DNA from: Acidobacteriota bacterium
GTDB taxonomy: Bacteria > Acidobacteriota > UBA890 > WLXD01
DNA length: 64,000 bases
Reading direction: 5' to 3'
NCBI GenBank assembly: GCA_965205505.1
Contig: CBDBHB010000008.1
Span: 928,001 to 992,000 of the forward strand
Position 1 is the stretch's first letter. Each line of letters begins with the position of its first letter. Position numbers and translations under genes: made by a program. Shown here one piece after another: positions 41,315 through 51,198 of this stretch. The notes under the pieces were generated by a model. The model ran no database searches. It saw nothing but the letters and a program-made list of their open reading frames with translations, and was not told where the DNA came from.

Positions 41315-43153
41315 TCAACTTCCTTCGAGATCCTCTGTTACCAGGGTGACGTCGTCGCTGTTGCCGGTCATTTCCCAGCGAATGAGTGACATCGGTATGT
41401 TGCCGGCCGACAGGAACTCATCGACGAAATCACGAAGCACGAATTCGTCACCGAGCTTCTGCGCCCGTTCTCTGAACAGTTTCATGAAATAAGCCTTGCC
41501 GGTAACAACGTTGCTATGAAAGCCACCCGGGTTACGCAGGTTGGACTGCATTTCAAACCAGACCATACCTTCATCTTCTTGTGACCAGCCGCGCGGCATG
41601 ATCTCGGCACACAGACGCCTCGCCTCGGCCAGGTTGATCTCGTTGGCGTGCATTTTCATGTCCGGTATCGCGAGGCTCATATGCGAGGCATTCATCAAGT
41701 ATTCCATTTCCCTGCCCTTGCGCGGCCGATCGTCGAGTACGCCAGCCTGCATCAACAACTCCTCGAGTGCTACGGCCCAACCCTCGGTGCGCATCGAGTC
41801 CATGTTGTAGCGGCGCCCGGCGCTGCGGATCGGGCTCCTGGTCAGGCGCTCCTGTCTTTGAAAATCGAGCATGTGCCCAATGAACTCGTGGGTTTCGCCG
41901 GGCAGTATCTCGCGCTGGCGGACCTTGGTGTCGATACTCGTGTTTTCGGGCAGGAACCGGTCACTGGAATCGTCACCCTCTCGGGCGAGACGCTCATCGA
42001 GCTCAGCGAGGGTCTCGAAGCCCGTGTAGTCCGCTGGGTTCACCCAATCGTCGATGGTCATGATCTCTTCGTCGCGCAAGAAATCGACGACATGATTGAG
42101 CGCGTGGTACAGGCTGGTCTCGAATTCCTTTTCGTTCGAGGCTACCTGCAGGGGCGGCAGGTTGCGATTTCGGTGTTCTTCGAGCTTCAGGAACGTGATG
42201 ATGCGATCGTATTCTCTCTGGATAATCGCGTTGTTTTCTTCCCAGCCCCACGGAGACAACTGCACGTTGCGCATCCACCAGCTGTAGTTTTCCTTGCCGA
42301 TCCCGGCCGCGGCGGTCATCTCGTGCTTGGTCGCTTCCAGCCATTCGGCATAGTCACGTACCGCCTTCCCGGCGCCGAGCGCATCGGCCGCCAGGTCCGG
42401 ATGATGTTCCTCGAGCTGCGCGGCAATTCGGACATAGGTCTCGGCTTCGCGCGCAGAGTTCCGAACCGCGAGCTCGGCGAGATCAGCGGCCGCTTCGGTA
42501 AGGTTGGTCCTCGCCTGCACGTAGATTCCGGGGATAGCCCTCAGCGCCGCCCGGTATCGTGCCTTTTCGTCCTCCGAGAAAGGGGGTCGCAGGGAAAAGA
42601 GCGCAGACCTGAGGCTCGCGGCGTTCATTGACGCCCCCGCGTCTCCCCCTCTGATCGAATAGAAACCGGGGTCACGTGCCCAAGGCTTGAGCACCCGGTG
42701 ATGGAACTCCAGGGCGTTCATTTCGGCACGAACCAAGTGATAATCGACTCTTTGCCAGACGGGCCAATCACCCGTTTCCATCGCAGCCAGGCGCTCTTGA
42801 AACTGCTTCAGGCCACGGTATTGCTCTCTAATTGCGGCAGCGCTGTAGTCGGGTACGCCGTTGTTGTTGTTGGTTGATTCCTGAAATCCACGAAACTCAT
42901 CGAACAAACCCGCAAGATCGCCATAGTTGCTGCTGGTGGTGATTCTCCCGGGAATCTGCTTGCGGGGGAGGGCAAGGAGCGACGACGAGGCGATGCTGGA
43001 GTCATCGCGGGGGAGGAGCGGCGCCGCCAGTCGTCCGTAATTCCCACTTGCCCGTAGGGTTGTGCCGCCAACCAGATCCATCACACTTTCACCACGGCCT
43101 GCTAGCAATAGCATCACGGAACAAGTCGCACAAACAACGTACCGAGTTGACAT
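41315..43153 (-). CDS. DUF885-like secreted protein
   Basis: VDYHLVRAEMNALEFHHRVLKPWARDPGFY, HEFIGH, EGWAVALEELL, IPMSLIRWEM. Confidence 0.7.
   Translation of the reverse strand: MSTRYVVCATCSVMLLLAGRGESVMDLVGGTTLRASGNYGRLAAPLLPRDDSSIASSSLLALPRKQIPGRITTSSNYGDLAGLFDEFRGFQESTNNNNGVPDYSAAAIREQYRGLKQFQERLAAMETGDWPVWQRVDYHLVRAEMNALEFHHRVLKPWARDPGFYSIRGGDAGASMNAASLRSALFSLRPPFSEDEKARYRAALRAIPGIYVQARTNLTEAAADLAELAVRNSAREAETYVRIAAQLEEHHPDLAADALGAGKAVRDYAEWLEATKHEMTAAAGIGKENYSWWMRNVQLSPWGWEENNAIIQREYDRIITFLKLEEHRNRNLPPLQVASNEKEFETSLYHALNHVVDFLRDEEIMTIDDWVNPADYTGFETLAELDERLAREGDDSSDRFLPENTSIDTKVRQREILPGETHEFIGHMLDFQRQERLTRSPIRSAGRRYNMDSMRTEGWAVALEELLMQAGVLDDRPRKGREMEYLMNASHMSLAIPDMKMHANEINLAEARRLCAEIMPRGWSQEDEGMVWFEMQSNLRNPGGFHSNVVTGKAYFMKLFRERAQKLGDEFVLRDFVDEFLSAGNIPMSLIRWEMTGNSDDVTLVTEDLEGS
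43069..43105 (-). repeat. CTAG-repeat copy translated in frame within the signal region
   Basis: CTAGCAGGCCGTGGTGAAAGTGTGATGGATCTGGTTG encodes LAGRGESVMDLV. Confidence 0.85.
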
Positions 43154-43319
43154 GCTTGCGTCTCCTTTGCTTCCTATCCGAGGAATCGGCTGAGACTCAA
43201 TGACGGATGCGGAGTGTTGTGCATACCGATTCCCGGCGGCGATTGTATCGGCTCAGCGATTCTACGATGCCGAAAACCAACGGGCCCTACCATGCCGTGG
43301 CGGATCCGGCTCAGCGTGA

Positions 43320-43448
43320 GCCTCGAGGAAGCCGCCACGATGGCCCTGTTGTACTCCAGCCCGAACTTCGCACACCAGTACTGGATCGCCTCGTGCGAGA
43401 CGGTGACACCTCGCTCCGCGAGGAGAGCTTCGACGTCTCGGAGGCTTA
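43320..43448 (-). pseudogene. IS6-family transposase N-terminal remnant
   Basis: SLRDVEALLAERGVTVSHEAIQYWCAKFG. Confidence 0.8.
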
Positions 43449-43470
43449 CAGGCCGTGGTGATCTATCGGG

Positions 43471-44715
43471 CTATTCCCCCACGATGACGAGATCTAACGG
43501 AGACTTTAGAGGCTGATACGCAGTATCCGCTTTGAACATCAGCGTATCGACGTAATAGGTGATTCCTGACATGCGGGGCGAGAAACACTGGCTCTCGAAA
43601 TTAACGACTGTCCCCGGCTCAAACATCCTCTCCGTCTCGGTATCCGTCATCACGTAGACATAATTGCCGACCCAATCGGGCGGAAAGGCAACGCCGAGCT
43701 CATACCCGCCGACCCAGGCAGCATCGGACCAAATCCCGACCTCGTCGTAGTAGGCCCTGGTCTTGGTCACGAGCTCTGCAACCGGCAGGTTGGGACGCAG
43801 CATCTCGGCGATCACGTCGAAAACACCCGTGGAACGCCGGTGATAGTCCATCACGTCCTTGGCCGGTTCTCCGACATGAAATGACCGTCCGGCATTGCAA
43901 TGATAGCGGTTGAACACACCACTGACATCGACATTGACTTGTTCACCCGCCTTGATCACCTTTCGGCTGGCCAGCGAATGGCCGCAATTGGCTTTCAGCC
44001 CTGAATTCACCGGCAACGTGATTCCGGGGTTCTCTCCGCCCGCCTTCGCCATGGCATGAGCGATCTCGCCGTACACGTCGAGCTCGGTGACACCGGCCCG
44101 GATGGCATTCTTCGCCGCCTGCAAACCGATGTCGGTGATTTTCGCGGCCTTCTCGATACAGGCGATCTCGGCTTCCGATTTGACCCAACGAATATCGCGC
44201 AAGATATCGCTACCGTCGATCACGCTCATACCAGCACTCTCGAAGGCTTCCCAGAACCGCGTGCTGATCGCGGGATTGGGCCGATAGCTATGACATTCCA
44301 TTCCGACCGTGCCAGAAGACATCCAGCCCTGGGATTTCAGTTCGTCGATAATGAATGACATGCCATCGCGACGCCCGCCCAGCGGGAACATCCGGATGTC
44401 CGTCGCGCAGGTGACGAAGCGACACATGATGCCTTCGCTGGGCGTGTCGAACAGGATGAAATCGTCGCGGTCCTTGTGAATTGCAATTCCGCTCGTCGCG
44501 GGCCATTGTTTGGGGCCTTGCGCCTGATACCAGATGCATTTGTAGCCGCTCACATAGTAAAGGCTTTCGGGGGCCATGAGCCACAACACATCAATGCCGT
44601 TGCCGTCCATACGCGCACGGATGCGCTGAAGACGATGTTGACATTCTTCCAGGCTGAACGCCGGTTCGACCTCTGGCTGGCACTCCTGAAGGGCAAGATC
44701 TCGGTTTCTTCCCAA
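43471..44715 (-). CDS. M24-fold amidine/amide hydrolase (ectoine hydrolase DoeA/EutD- or creatinase-like)
   Basis: RLQRIRARM, VKSEAEIA, GYELGVAFPPDW; typical metal ligands incomplete; AAGGAGG RBS before TTG. Confidence 0.8.
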   Translation of the reverse strand: MGRNRDLALQECQPEVEPAFSLEECQHRLQRIRARMDGNGIDVLWLMAPESLYYVSGYKCIWYQAQGPKQWPATSGIAIHKDRDDFILFDTPSEGIMCRFVTCATDIRMFPLGGRRDGMSFIIDELKSQGWMSSGTVGMECHSYRPNPAISTRFWEAFESAGMSVIDGSDILRDIRWVKSEAEIACIEKAAKITDIGLQAAKNAIRAGVTELDVYGEIAHAMAKAGGENPGITLPVNSGLKANCGHSLASRKVIKAGEQVNVDVSGVFNRYHCNAGRSFHVGEPAKDVMDYHRRSTGVFDVIAEMLRPNLPVAELVTKTRAYYDEVGIWSDAAWVGGYELGVAFPPDWVGNYVYVMTDTETERMFEPGTVVNFESQCFSPRMSGITYYVDTLMFKADTAYQPLKSPLDLVIVGE

Positions 44716-44800
44716 TTACCGCCTCCTTCACTTACATGACTTGTCGTTCGATCCGACAATTGAACCCGAACAGTGATCAGAACGACTATCGGGGTGTCCA

Positions 44801-45100
44801 ATGTATCAGATCGATCCTTTGAGAACGGACCTCGTTGAGGAGTTTCGAAATAGCCCTGGGGGCCCTTATAGTCGCGACCTCACTCTCGTTGTGAACCGGT
44901 TACGAGTAATGCCAATGGCAGATCGCCATATTCTCGTTTGCACGCAGCGCGGCCGCGAATGGATTCTGGCGAAAATGCCATCGAAACGTGGCACCGCGCT
45001 GGAACTCTTCGAAGATCATGTCTTCGACGACTACCATGAAGGCGTACGGGAGGTTTTCAAACTGCGGTGGCAAACCGTAACGGGAACCGACCTGTCATGA
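44801..45100 (+). CDS. N,N-dimethylformamidase small-subunit-like protein
   Basis: EEFRNSPGGPYSRDL..NRLR...VFKLRW; directly upstream of the large subunit. Confidence 0.75.
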   Translation: MYQIDPLRTDLVEEFRNSPGGPYSRDLTLVVNRLRVMPMADRHILVCTQRGREWILAKMPSKRGTALELFEDHVFDDYHEGVREVFKLRWQTVTGTDLS

Positions 45101-45131
45101 GCGGATTGCCAGTGGCTAAGGAGCCGACCGC

Positions 45132-47366
45132 GTGAAAACGATACTGGGATATACAAACGTATGGGGGATCGCTCCGGGAGAGACGCTCAACGTCATGGTC
45201 AGTACATACGGTCCTGAGCGCTATCGAGCCGATCTGGTTCGCATCATCTGCGGAGACGACCACCCCGACCATGATATCTATCGTGAAGAAGAACTTGATG
45301 CACCGTTCAGCGGTGAGTATCGAGGCCGGCTACAGCCGATTGACTGCGGATCATATGCAGTGGTAGCTAACTCCGTTGAACTCGCTGCGCTCGAAAGCTT
45401 CACTGTTCTGGCGTGGATATGGCCGACCACACCCCCCAAGGGAGAACAGGGTCTCATTGCGAGGTGGCAGGACGATCCAGCCCTCGGGTTTGCTCTGCTG
45501 ATCGACGACACTGGCGCGCTTGCCCTGCGCGTGGGCGACGGTGGCGGAAACGTGGCGGAGATCAGCACGGGCGAGCCGTTGGCGATGCGGCGCTGGTATC
45601 TGGTTAGCGGGTCGTATGACGCACTCACGGGCGAGCTCAACGTCTATCAAGAACCCGTTAATGTCGACCATGAACGTCACGAAGTCGCCCAGGCAACGAG
45701 TCGGGTTGAACTCGACGTTGCGGCCAACTCCGCTTCGCCGCTCATGTTTGCGGCATTACCCACGACGCTATCGACAGGGAAACCCGGATCTCAATGTCAC
45801 TACAATGGCAAGATCGACCGGCCCCGCCTGGCTGCCGGGGTATTGTCTCCGGCGGAACGTTCAGCGATGGCGCGGGATGCGCTGCCCCATGAACGAAACA
45901 CTCAAGTGATTGGCGCCTGGGACTTCTCACGTGACATTGGTGGCGGCGTAATAAGTGATGTTGGTCCTAACAGGCTTCACGGGAAGACGGTCAACCTGCC
46001 ATCACGCGGTTGCAAAGGCCATAACTGGACCGGCACGGAGCAGAATTGGGCTCACGCACCACAGGAATATGGTGCTATCCATTTCCACGACGATGACCTT
46101 TATGACGCCGGATGGGAGACCGATTTCGAATACATCGTGCCTGATGAGCTGCGAAGTGGTGTTTACGCAGTGCGTCTGACAACCGACGATGACGAATGGT
46201 ACGTTACCTTCTTCGTCCGACCAACTCGGGGTACCACCACCTCAAAACTCGCCTTCTTGGTTTCGACGGTAACCTATATGGCGTATTCCAATTATCACTG
46301 GTTATTCCATGAACGCTTTTGCGAGGTGGCCGAAACCATGTGGACCACGTTGGACAGAGGCGACGTCTTTCTGCAGGAGCACACCGAAGTCGGGTTATCG
46401 ACCTACGATACGCATTCTGACGGGAGCGGTGTGCGCTATGCATCACGATTGCGTCCCGTGCTCAATATGGCACCAAAGACCCCCTTATGGAGTTTCAATG
46501 CCGATACCCACATACTGGGTTGGTTGGAAGCTCACGGTATTGAATACGATGTGATTACCGATGAGGACCTTCACGAGGAAGGTGCCGCGCTGCTTGATGG
46601 ATACCAGGCCGTGCTGACGGGCACGCATCCTGAGTACTACACCACGCCCATGTGGGACGGGCTGCGCGCGTATCTCGCAAGAGGGGGTCGTATAGTCTAT
46701 CTCGGCGGCAATGGTTTCGTCTGGCGCTGCGCCCTTTCATCCGAAATGTCCGGCGTTGTCGAGTTGCGCCGGCCAGAAGACGGTATTCGGTACCGTGATG
46801 AAGAGCCCGGTGAATATTATCTGGAATTCACCGGAGAATACGGTGGTTTGTGGCGACGCCTCGGCATGGCACCACAGGCTTTGGTCGGCGTCGGCACGGT
46901 CGCCGCCGGGTTTGATGCTTCCGGTTGTTACAAGCGTAAGAAGGCGAGCTTTGATCCTCGAGTCAGTTTCATGTTCGAGGACATCGGTGATGATGAAGTG
47001 ATCGGAGATTTCGGTATTCGCGGCGGCGGTGCCAGTGGTTCTGAAATCGATGCTGCGGACCCGATGCTGGGAACACCATCCCATGCTCTGGTCGTTGCTA
47101 GTTCAGAAGGTCACACTGAAAATACGTATTTGGTACCAGACGAGACCGGCTTTCATCATAGTGCCATGGATGGCATTCAGAACCCACACATTCGGGCGGA
47201 CATGACGTTCTTCGAAACGCCTGGAGGCGGTGCCGTATTCTCCGTTGGATCAATCGCTTGGAGTGCGAGTCTTCCGCACAATGGTTATGAGAACAACGTA
47301 TCCCGGATTTCGGAGAATGTGGTTCGGCGCTTCCTCGATGATAAGCCCTTTGCCATGCCCGAATGA
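45132..47366 (+). CDS. N,N-dimethylformamidase large-subunit family protein
   Basis: YGAIHFHDDDLYDAGW, TYMAYSN, GLSTYDTHSDGSG, GTHPEYYT, YLGGNGF, RADMTFFETPGGGAVFSVGSI. Confidence 0.92.
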   Translation: MKTILGYTNVWGIAPGETLNVMVSTYGPERYRADLVRIICGDDHPDHDIYREEELDAPFSGEYRGRLQPIDCGSYAVVANSVELAALESFTVLAWIWPTTPPKGEQGLIARWQDDPALGFALLIDDTGALALRVGDGGGNVAEISTGEPLAMRRWYLVSGSYDALTGELNVYQEPVNVDHERHEVAQATSRVELDVAANSASPLMFAALPTTLSTGKPGSQCHYNGKIDRPRLAAGVLSPAERSAMARDALPHERNTQVIGAWDFSRDIGGGVISDVGPNRLHGKTVNLPSRGCKGHNWTGTEQNWAHAPQEYGAIHFHDDDLYDAGWETDFEYIVPDELRSGVYAVRLTTDDDEWYVTFFVRPTRGTTTSKLAFLVSTVTYMAYSNYHWLFHERFCEVAETMWTTLDRGDVFLQEHTEVGLSTYDTHSDGSGVRYASRLRPVLNMAPKTPLWSFNADTHILGWLEAHGIEYDVITDEDLHEEGAALLDGYQAVLTGTHPEYYTTPMWDGLRAYLARGGRIVYLGGNGFVWRCALSSEMSGVVELRRPEDGIRYRDEEPGEYYLEFTGEYGGLWRRLGMAPQALVGVGTVAAGFDASGCYKRKKASFDPRVSFMFEDIGDDEVIGDFGIRGGGASGSEIDAADPMLGTPSHALVVASSEGHTENTYLVPDETGFHHSAMDGIQNPHIRADMTFFETPGGGAVFSVGSIAWSASLPHNGYENNVSRISENVVRRFLDDKPFAMPE

Positions 47367-47446
47367 CATGATGGCTCTGCGACGGTCAAGTAGGTGGATG
47401 GGCAAATAGGTGGATGGGCAACCAGCGGACCGACCGGTCTGGGAGG

Positions 47447-48271
47447 CTATCTCCCGGAACCCTGCAGCGCGGTCAGTCTCTCCCTTGCCCCCTGGTGATC
47501 CGGTCGTAGATCGAGCACCCGCTGGTAGTAGCGCACGGCTGTCTCTCCCTCGCCCTCTTCCTCGTACAGTCGGCCGAGGGTGAAGTTGATCGCCACGGAC
47601 TCTGGATAGAACTCGGCATTGAGCTCGTAGACCGTGATCGCTTCTGGCACTCGATCGTCGTCGGCGAGGCGCTCGCCGAGGGTGTTCATTTCCCATTCGC
47701 CGAAATCGAACGCGCCGCTCATGCCATAGTTCTCCCGCAGCTCCCGGTAGCGTGCCACAGGCGCATCGATGCCCTCGGCATCGAGTGTCAGGCGAAGATC
47801 GTCGGTCAGCAGCAGCGGGCTGGACTGTCCCCTGTGACACGTCTTGCACTGGATGCGAACCGGCGGGTCGCTGCGATCCGGAATCGAGGGAAGGATCTCG
47901 GCGTTGAGTCGCTCGACCATGCGCAACATGAACCGCGCCTTGCGCTTGTCAGGGTCGTCGTCGCTGTGGAACTCCACACCCGCGAACGAGATGCCGTCAC
48001 CGCCAACGTGGCAGTACTGGCATCGCACACCAAGCGCGAAAGAGAATCCGCGCATGATGTCGATGAGCTCCTCACGGGGGATGTCCTCGCGGAACACCCG
48101 CAGGTTCTGGAACTCGCTGGGCAACTGCGACGTGGTTGCGGATTCCGCGGTCACTACTGGCGCCGCGGCCACCGCAGCGATCCTGGCACCCGCGGCAGCA
48201 GGGAGGATGTACGGCGAGGCTATAGCCAGTATGGTCAGCAGGATCATCGGAAAGCTGCGCGGCACGCTCAT
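47447..48271 (-). CDS. Dihaem c-type cytochrome with C-terminal TPR, secreted
   Basis: ALGVRCQYCH, KRKARFMLRMV, IQCKTCHRG; TPR helices at the C-terminus. Confidence 0.85.
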   Translation of the reverse strand: MSVPRSFPMILLTILAIASPYILPAAAGARIAAVAAAPVVTAESATTSQLPSEFQNLRVFREDIPREELIDIMRGFSFALGVRCQYCHVGGDGISFAGVEFHSDDDPDKRKARFMLRMVERLNAEILPSIPDRSDPPVRIQCKTCHRGQSSPLLLTDDLRLTLDAEGIDAPVARYRELRENYGMSGAFDFGEWEMNTLGERLADDDRVPEAITVYELNAEFYPESVAINFTLGRLYEEEGEGETAVRYYQRVLDLRPDHQGARERLTALQGSGR

Positions 48272-48698
48272 GCCTACCTCCGGAGTTGTGAGCCAGTCGT
48301 GTGCTACCGGGAATGGTCCGCAGACTACCGGCTTCAGAGGTCCCGGTGGTGGCGTCAGCGCAAGACATCTGTGTGGTGGCCGTGAGGAAGATGTCAGGAA
48401 AGCGTCAGAAGCCGGATTCGAAACTGGGGGACCTCCGGGAGGCGACGTCGCGCCCCATCCCTACTCTTGGCCGGGCACTCGTTCGGTCTCTTGGCCGGTC
48501 GCTCGTTCAGCCGTTCCGCCAAAAGGCAGAGCGCGGCACGATATCCAAAAGGCCCCGAATCCCAGCAACGACACGGTCCGCGCCGCGAGTCGGCCGACGT
48601 ACGGCACGCTCGAGATCAGCGTCAGCAGGATCACGCCGATCATCAGTGGCAGGAACCGCGCCGCTGTCCCGCTCAGCTCGGCGTCTCCTAGCAGGCCG

Positions 48699-48720
48699 TT
48701 GAAAGTGAACTTCAAGTCAA
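48699..48720 (-). promoter_or_regulatory. SoxR/MerR-type operator dyad with divergent -35
   Basis: Imperfect dyad TTGAAAGTGAACTTCAA abutting TTGACT on the minus strand, just upstream of the soxR-like gene. Confidence 0.55.
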
Positions 48721-48730
48721 GAGGGTTTCG

Positions 48731-49144
48731 ATGGGCGTGATGAAAATTGGCGAGGTTGCCGAAAAAGCAGGCCTACGGGCTTCGGCGCTCCGCTACTACG
48801 AGCGGATCGGGTTGTTGCCAGCGGCGAAACGAGAAAGCGGCCAGCGTCGTTACACGGACGAAATGCTGACTCGGCTGGCCGGGATCAAGGTGGCGCAGCA
48901 AGCCGGCTTCTCGGTGGAAGAAATCAAGCAGCTGTTCTACGGCTTTCAGCGACAGGCCAGGCCGTCGAAACGCTGGGCCGAGCTGGCTCGCGCGAAGCTG
49001 CCGGAGAGCGAGGCGCTGATTCGCCGCACCCGGGCGATGAAGACGCTACTGGAGGAAGGAATCCGGTGTGGCTGCAGCTGTCTGGAGGAGTGCAGCCTGA
49101 TCGAAGACGGAACGGCGGCGCGCCAGCAGCGTAGCTCCTTCTAG
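48731..49144 (+). CDS. SoxR-like MerR family regulator
   Basis: IGEVAEKAGLRASALRYYE, SGQRRY, AQQAGFSVEEI, C-terminal CGCSCLEEC cluster. Confidence 0.85.
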   Translation: MGVMKIGEVAEKAGLRASALRYYERIGLLPAAKRESGQRRYTDEMLTRLAGIKVAQQAGFSVEEIKQLFYGFQRQARPSKRWAELARAKLPESEALIRRTRAMKTLLEEGIRCGCSCLEECSLIEDGTAARQQRSSF

Positions 49145-49223
49145 ATCCATCCGACTGCCTCCTGCTATGGTCATCGAAAATCTGCTCTGGCCGGGACTGA
49201 AGATCGACTGAGGAGGGCTTGCA

Positions 49224-51194
49224 GTGGCACGCTTCGTACAGTTCCTCGCTATTTGTCTTTTGGTGAGCCTTGTTGCCGGGGCGCTGCCGGCAGCAACAAC
49301 ACCGTTACCACTACCGTCCCAAGACGAATGGCGCTACTTCGGTGGTGACAAGGGTTTCACACGCTACTCCCCGCACGATCAAATCCACCGCGACAACGTT
49401 AACGATTTGCGGATCGCCTGGCGTCGCCCGGCGGTGCGCGACGAACTTACAGAGGCGTTTCCTGATCTGTACCCCGATGCCTACCTGAGGGCGACGCCGA
49501 TCATGATCGACGGCGTGCTCTACACGCAGGATGCCCACGGTTTGGTAATCGCCCTCGATGGCGAGACCGGCGAGACCCTATGGGAACAGGAGCTCGTTGT
49601 GTCGACACTGGAAGAGGCCGACGCGTCGAGCACTCGTGGTGTTGATCACTGGAGCAGTGGCACCGGCGATGAGCGCATCCTCGCCATCCGAGGTGAGTAT
49701 CTCTACGCGCTCAATACCAGGACCGGCGAGCCTTACGCTGGTTTTGGCGATGACGGCAGGGTCAGCCTGCGGTTCCATGAGCGTCAGCCCTTGGCCCGTG
49801 CATTCAGCGACAGCACGGGTCCTCTCGTGGTGGGCAACGTCGTCGTGGTCACCGGGATCACGGGCGGAGCCGGCGATGGCGGTAACAAGAAGGAATCGGC
49901 GCCGGAGGATGTACGCGGCTTCGATGCTCAAACGGGCCGGTTGCTGTGGACGTTCCATCCGGTGCCGCGGGCGGGCGAGTTCGGCGCCGACACTTGGGGC
50001 GACGATTCTTGGAAGGTAGCAGGCGACCTCGGCGCCTGGGCTCTGATGACCGCGGACGAAGAGCTCGGTTATGTCTATATCGCGCTGTCAGCGCCGACGT
50101 CTGCTTGGTATGGCGGCTGGCGACCCGGTGACAATCTGTTCTCGAACACCTTGGTCGCTCTGGACGTGAAGACCGGCGAGCGCGTGTGGCACTTCCAGAT
50201 GATTCACCACGACCTCTGGGAATACGACAACATCGGTCCCGCGATACTCGGCGACATCACTGTCGACGGCAAGCGCATCAAGGCGGTGATGCAGCCGAAC
50301 AAGAATGCGTTTCTATTCGTCCTCGACCGTACCAACGGCGAGCCGGTGTGGCCGATCGAAGAGCGCCCGGTACCACGGTCGACGGTGCCCGGCGAGGAGT
50401 CCTCGCCGACGCAGCCGTTTCCGACCAAGCCGCCGCCCTTCGACCAACAGGGGATGACCGACAGCGACTTGATCGACTACACACCGGAGCTCAAGCAACG
50501 GGCGCGCGAGCTCGTCAAGGACTATCAACTCGGTCCGCTCTATACCCCACCGTCCGTGCCGAGCGATGAGCCGGGTGGAACGAAGGGGACGATCGTATAT
50601 CCGGGAGCGTGGGGCAACGGAAACTGGAACACCGGAGCCTTTGATCCCGAAACAGGAATCTACTACGCGGTCTCAAACACCTCGTATGGTCCGACAAACC
50701 GCGCTGTGGTCAAACAAACCGACCCGGAAGCGACGATGGAATATGCCTATGTCCCCAGCGCCCGACTCGAGCTCGACGGGCTCTTCTTCAACAAGGGGCC
50801 GTACGGCCGGATCACAGCCCTCGATCTCAACCGAGGCGAGCAGCTGTGGATGACCGCCAACGGCGATGGGCCACGCAACCATCCGTTGCTGAAGGATCTC
50901 AACCTACCGCCGCTGGGGAGTCCCAACCGTCCGGCTCCACTTGTCACCAAGACCCTGTTGTTCCTCGGCGAAGGCAGCAACGCCGTGAGCGGAACGCTGA
51001 ACGAGGACTGGGCATGGGGCAAGAAATTCCGTGCCTATGACAAGGCCACGGGTGATGTGATTTGGGAGATCGAGCTGCCGTCGGGGACCACCGCCGGCCC
51101 GATGACCTACATGCTCGACGGAAAACAGTACATCGTGGTGTCAATCGGAGCGCAGGATCACCCGGCGGAGTACGTCGCACTGGCGCTTCCATAG
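49224..51194 (+). CDS. PQQ-dependent (glucose dehydrogenase-like) quinoprotein
   Basis: WRYFGGD..RYSP..QI...NV, DNLFSNTLVALD, HHDLWEYD, PVWPIEERPVP, SPTQPFP, PMTYMLDGKQY. Confidence 0.9.
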   Translation: MARFVQFLAICLLVSLVAGALPAATTPLPLPSQDEWRYFGGDKGFTRYSPHDQIHRDNVNDLRIAWRRPAVRDELTEAFPDLYPDAYLRATPIMIDGVLYTQDAHGLVIALDGETGETLWEQELVVSTLEEADASSTRGVDHWSSGTGDERILAIRGEYLYALNTRTGEPYAGFGDDGRVSLRFHERQPLARAFSDSTGPLVVGNVVVVTGITGGAGDGGNKKESAPEDVRGFDAQTGRLLWTFHPVPRAGEFGADTWGDDSWKVAGDLGAWALMTADEELGYVYIALSAPTSAWYGGWRPGDNLFSNTLVALDVKTGERVWHFQMIHHDLWEYDNIGPAILGDITVDGKRIKAVMQPNKNAFLFVLDRTNGEPVWPIEERPVPRSTVPGEESSPTQPFPTKPPPFDQQGMTDSDLIDYTPELKQRARELVKDYQLGPLYTPPSVPSDEPGGTKGTIVYPGAWGNGNWNTGAFDPETGIYYAVSNTSYGPTNRAVVKQTDPEATMEYAYVPSARLELDGLFFNKGPYGRITALDLNRGEQLWMTANGDGPRNHPLLKDLNLPPLGSPNRPAPLVTKTLLFLGEGSNAVSGTLNEDWAWGKKFRAYDKATGDVIWEIELPSGTTAGPMTYMLDGKQYIVVSIGAQDHPAEYVALALP

Positions 51195-51198
51195 CAGG

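Noticed and set aside
47391-47421. Tandem TAGGTGGATGGGCAA repeat
   Set aside because: Only two copies, between convergent genes; no function can be supported.
47447-48271. Evidence of phototrophy from a reaction-centre-cytochrome-like protein
   Set aside because: Only two haem motifs plus a TPR, and no puf or bch genes nearby.
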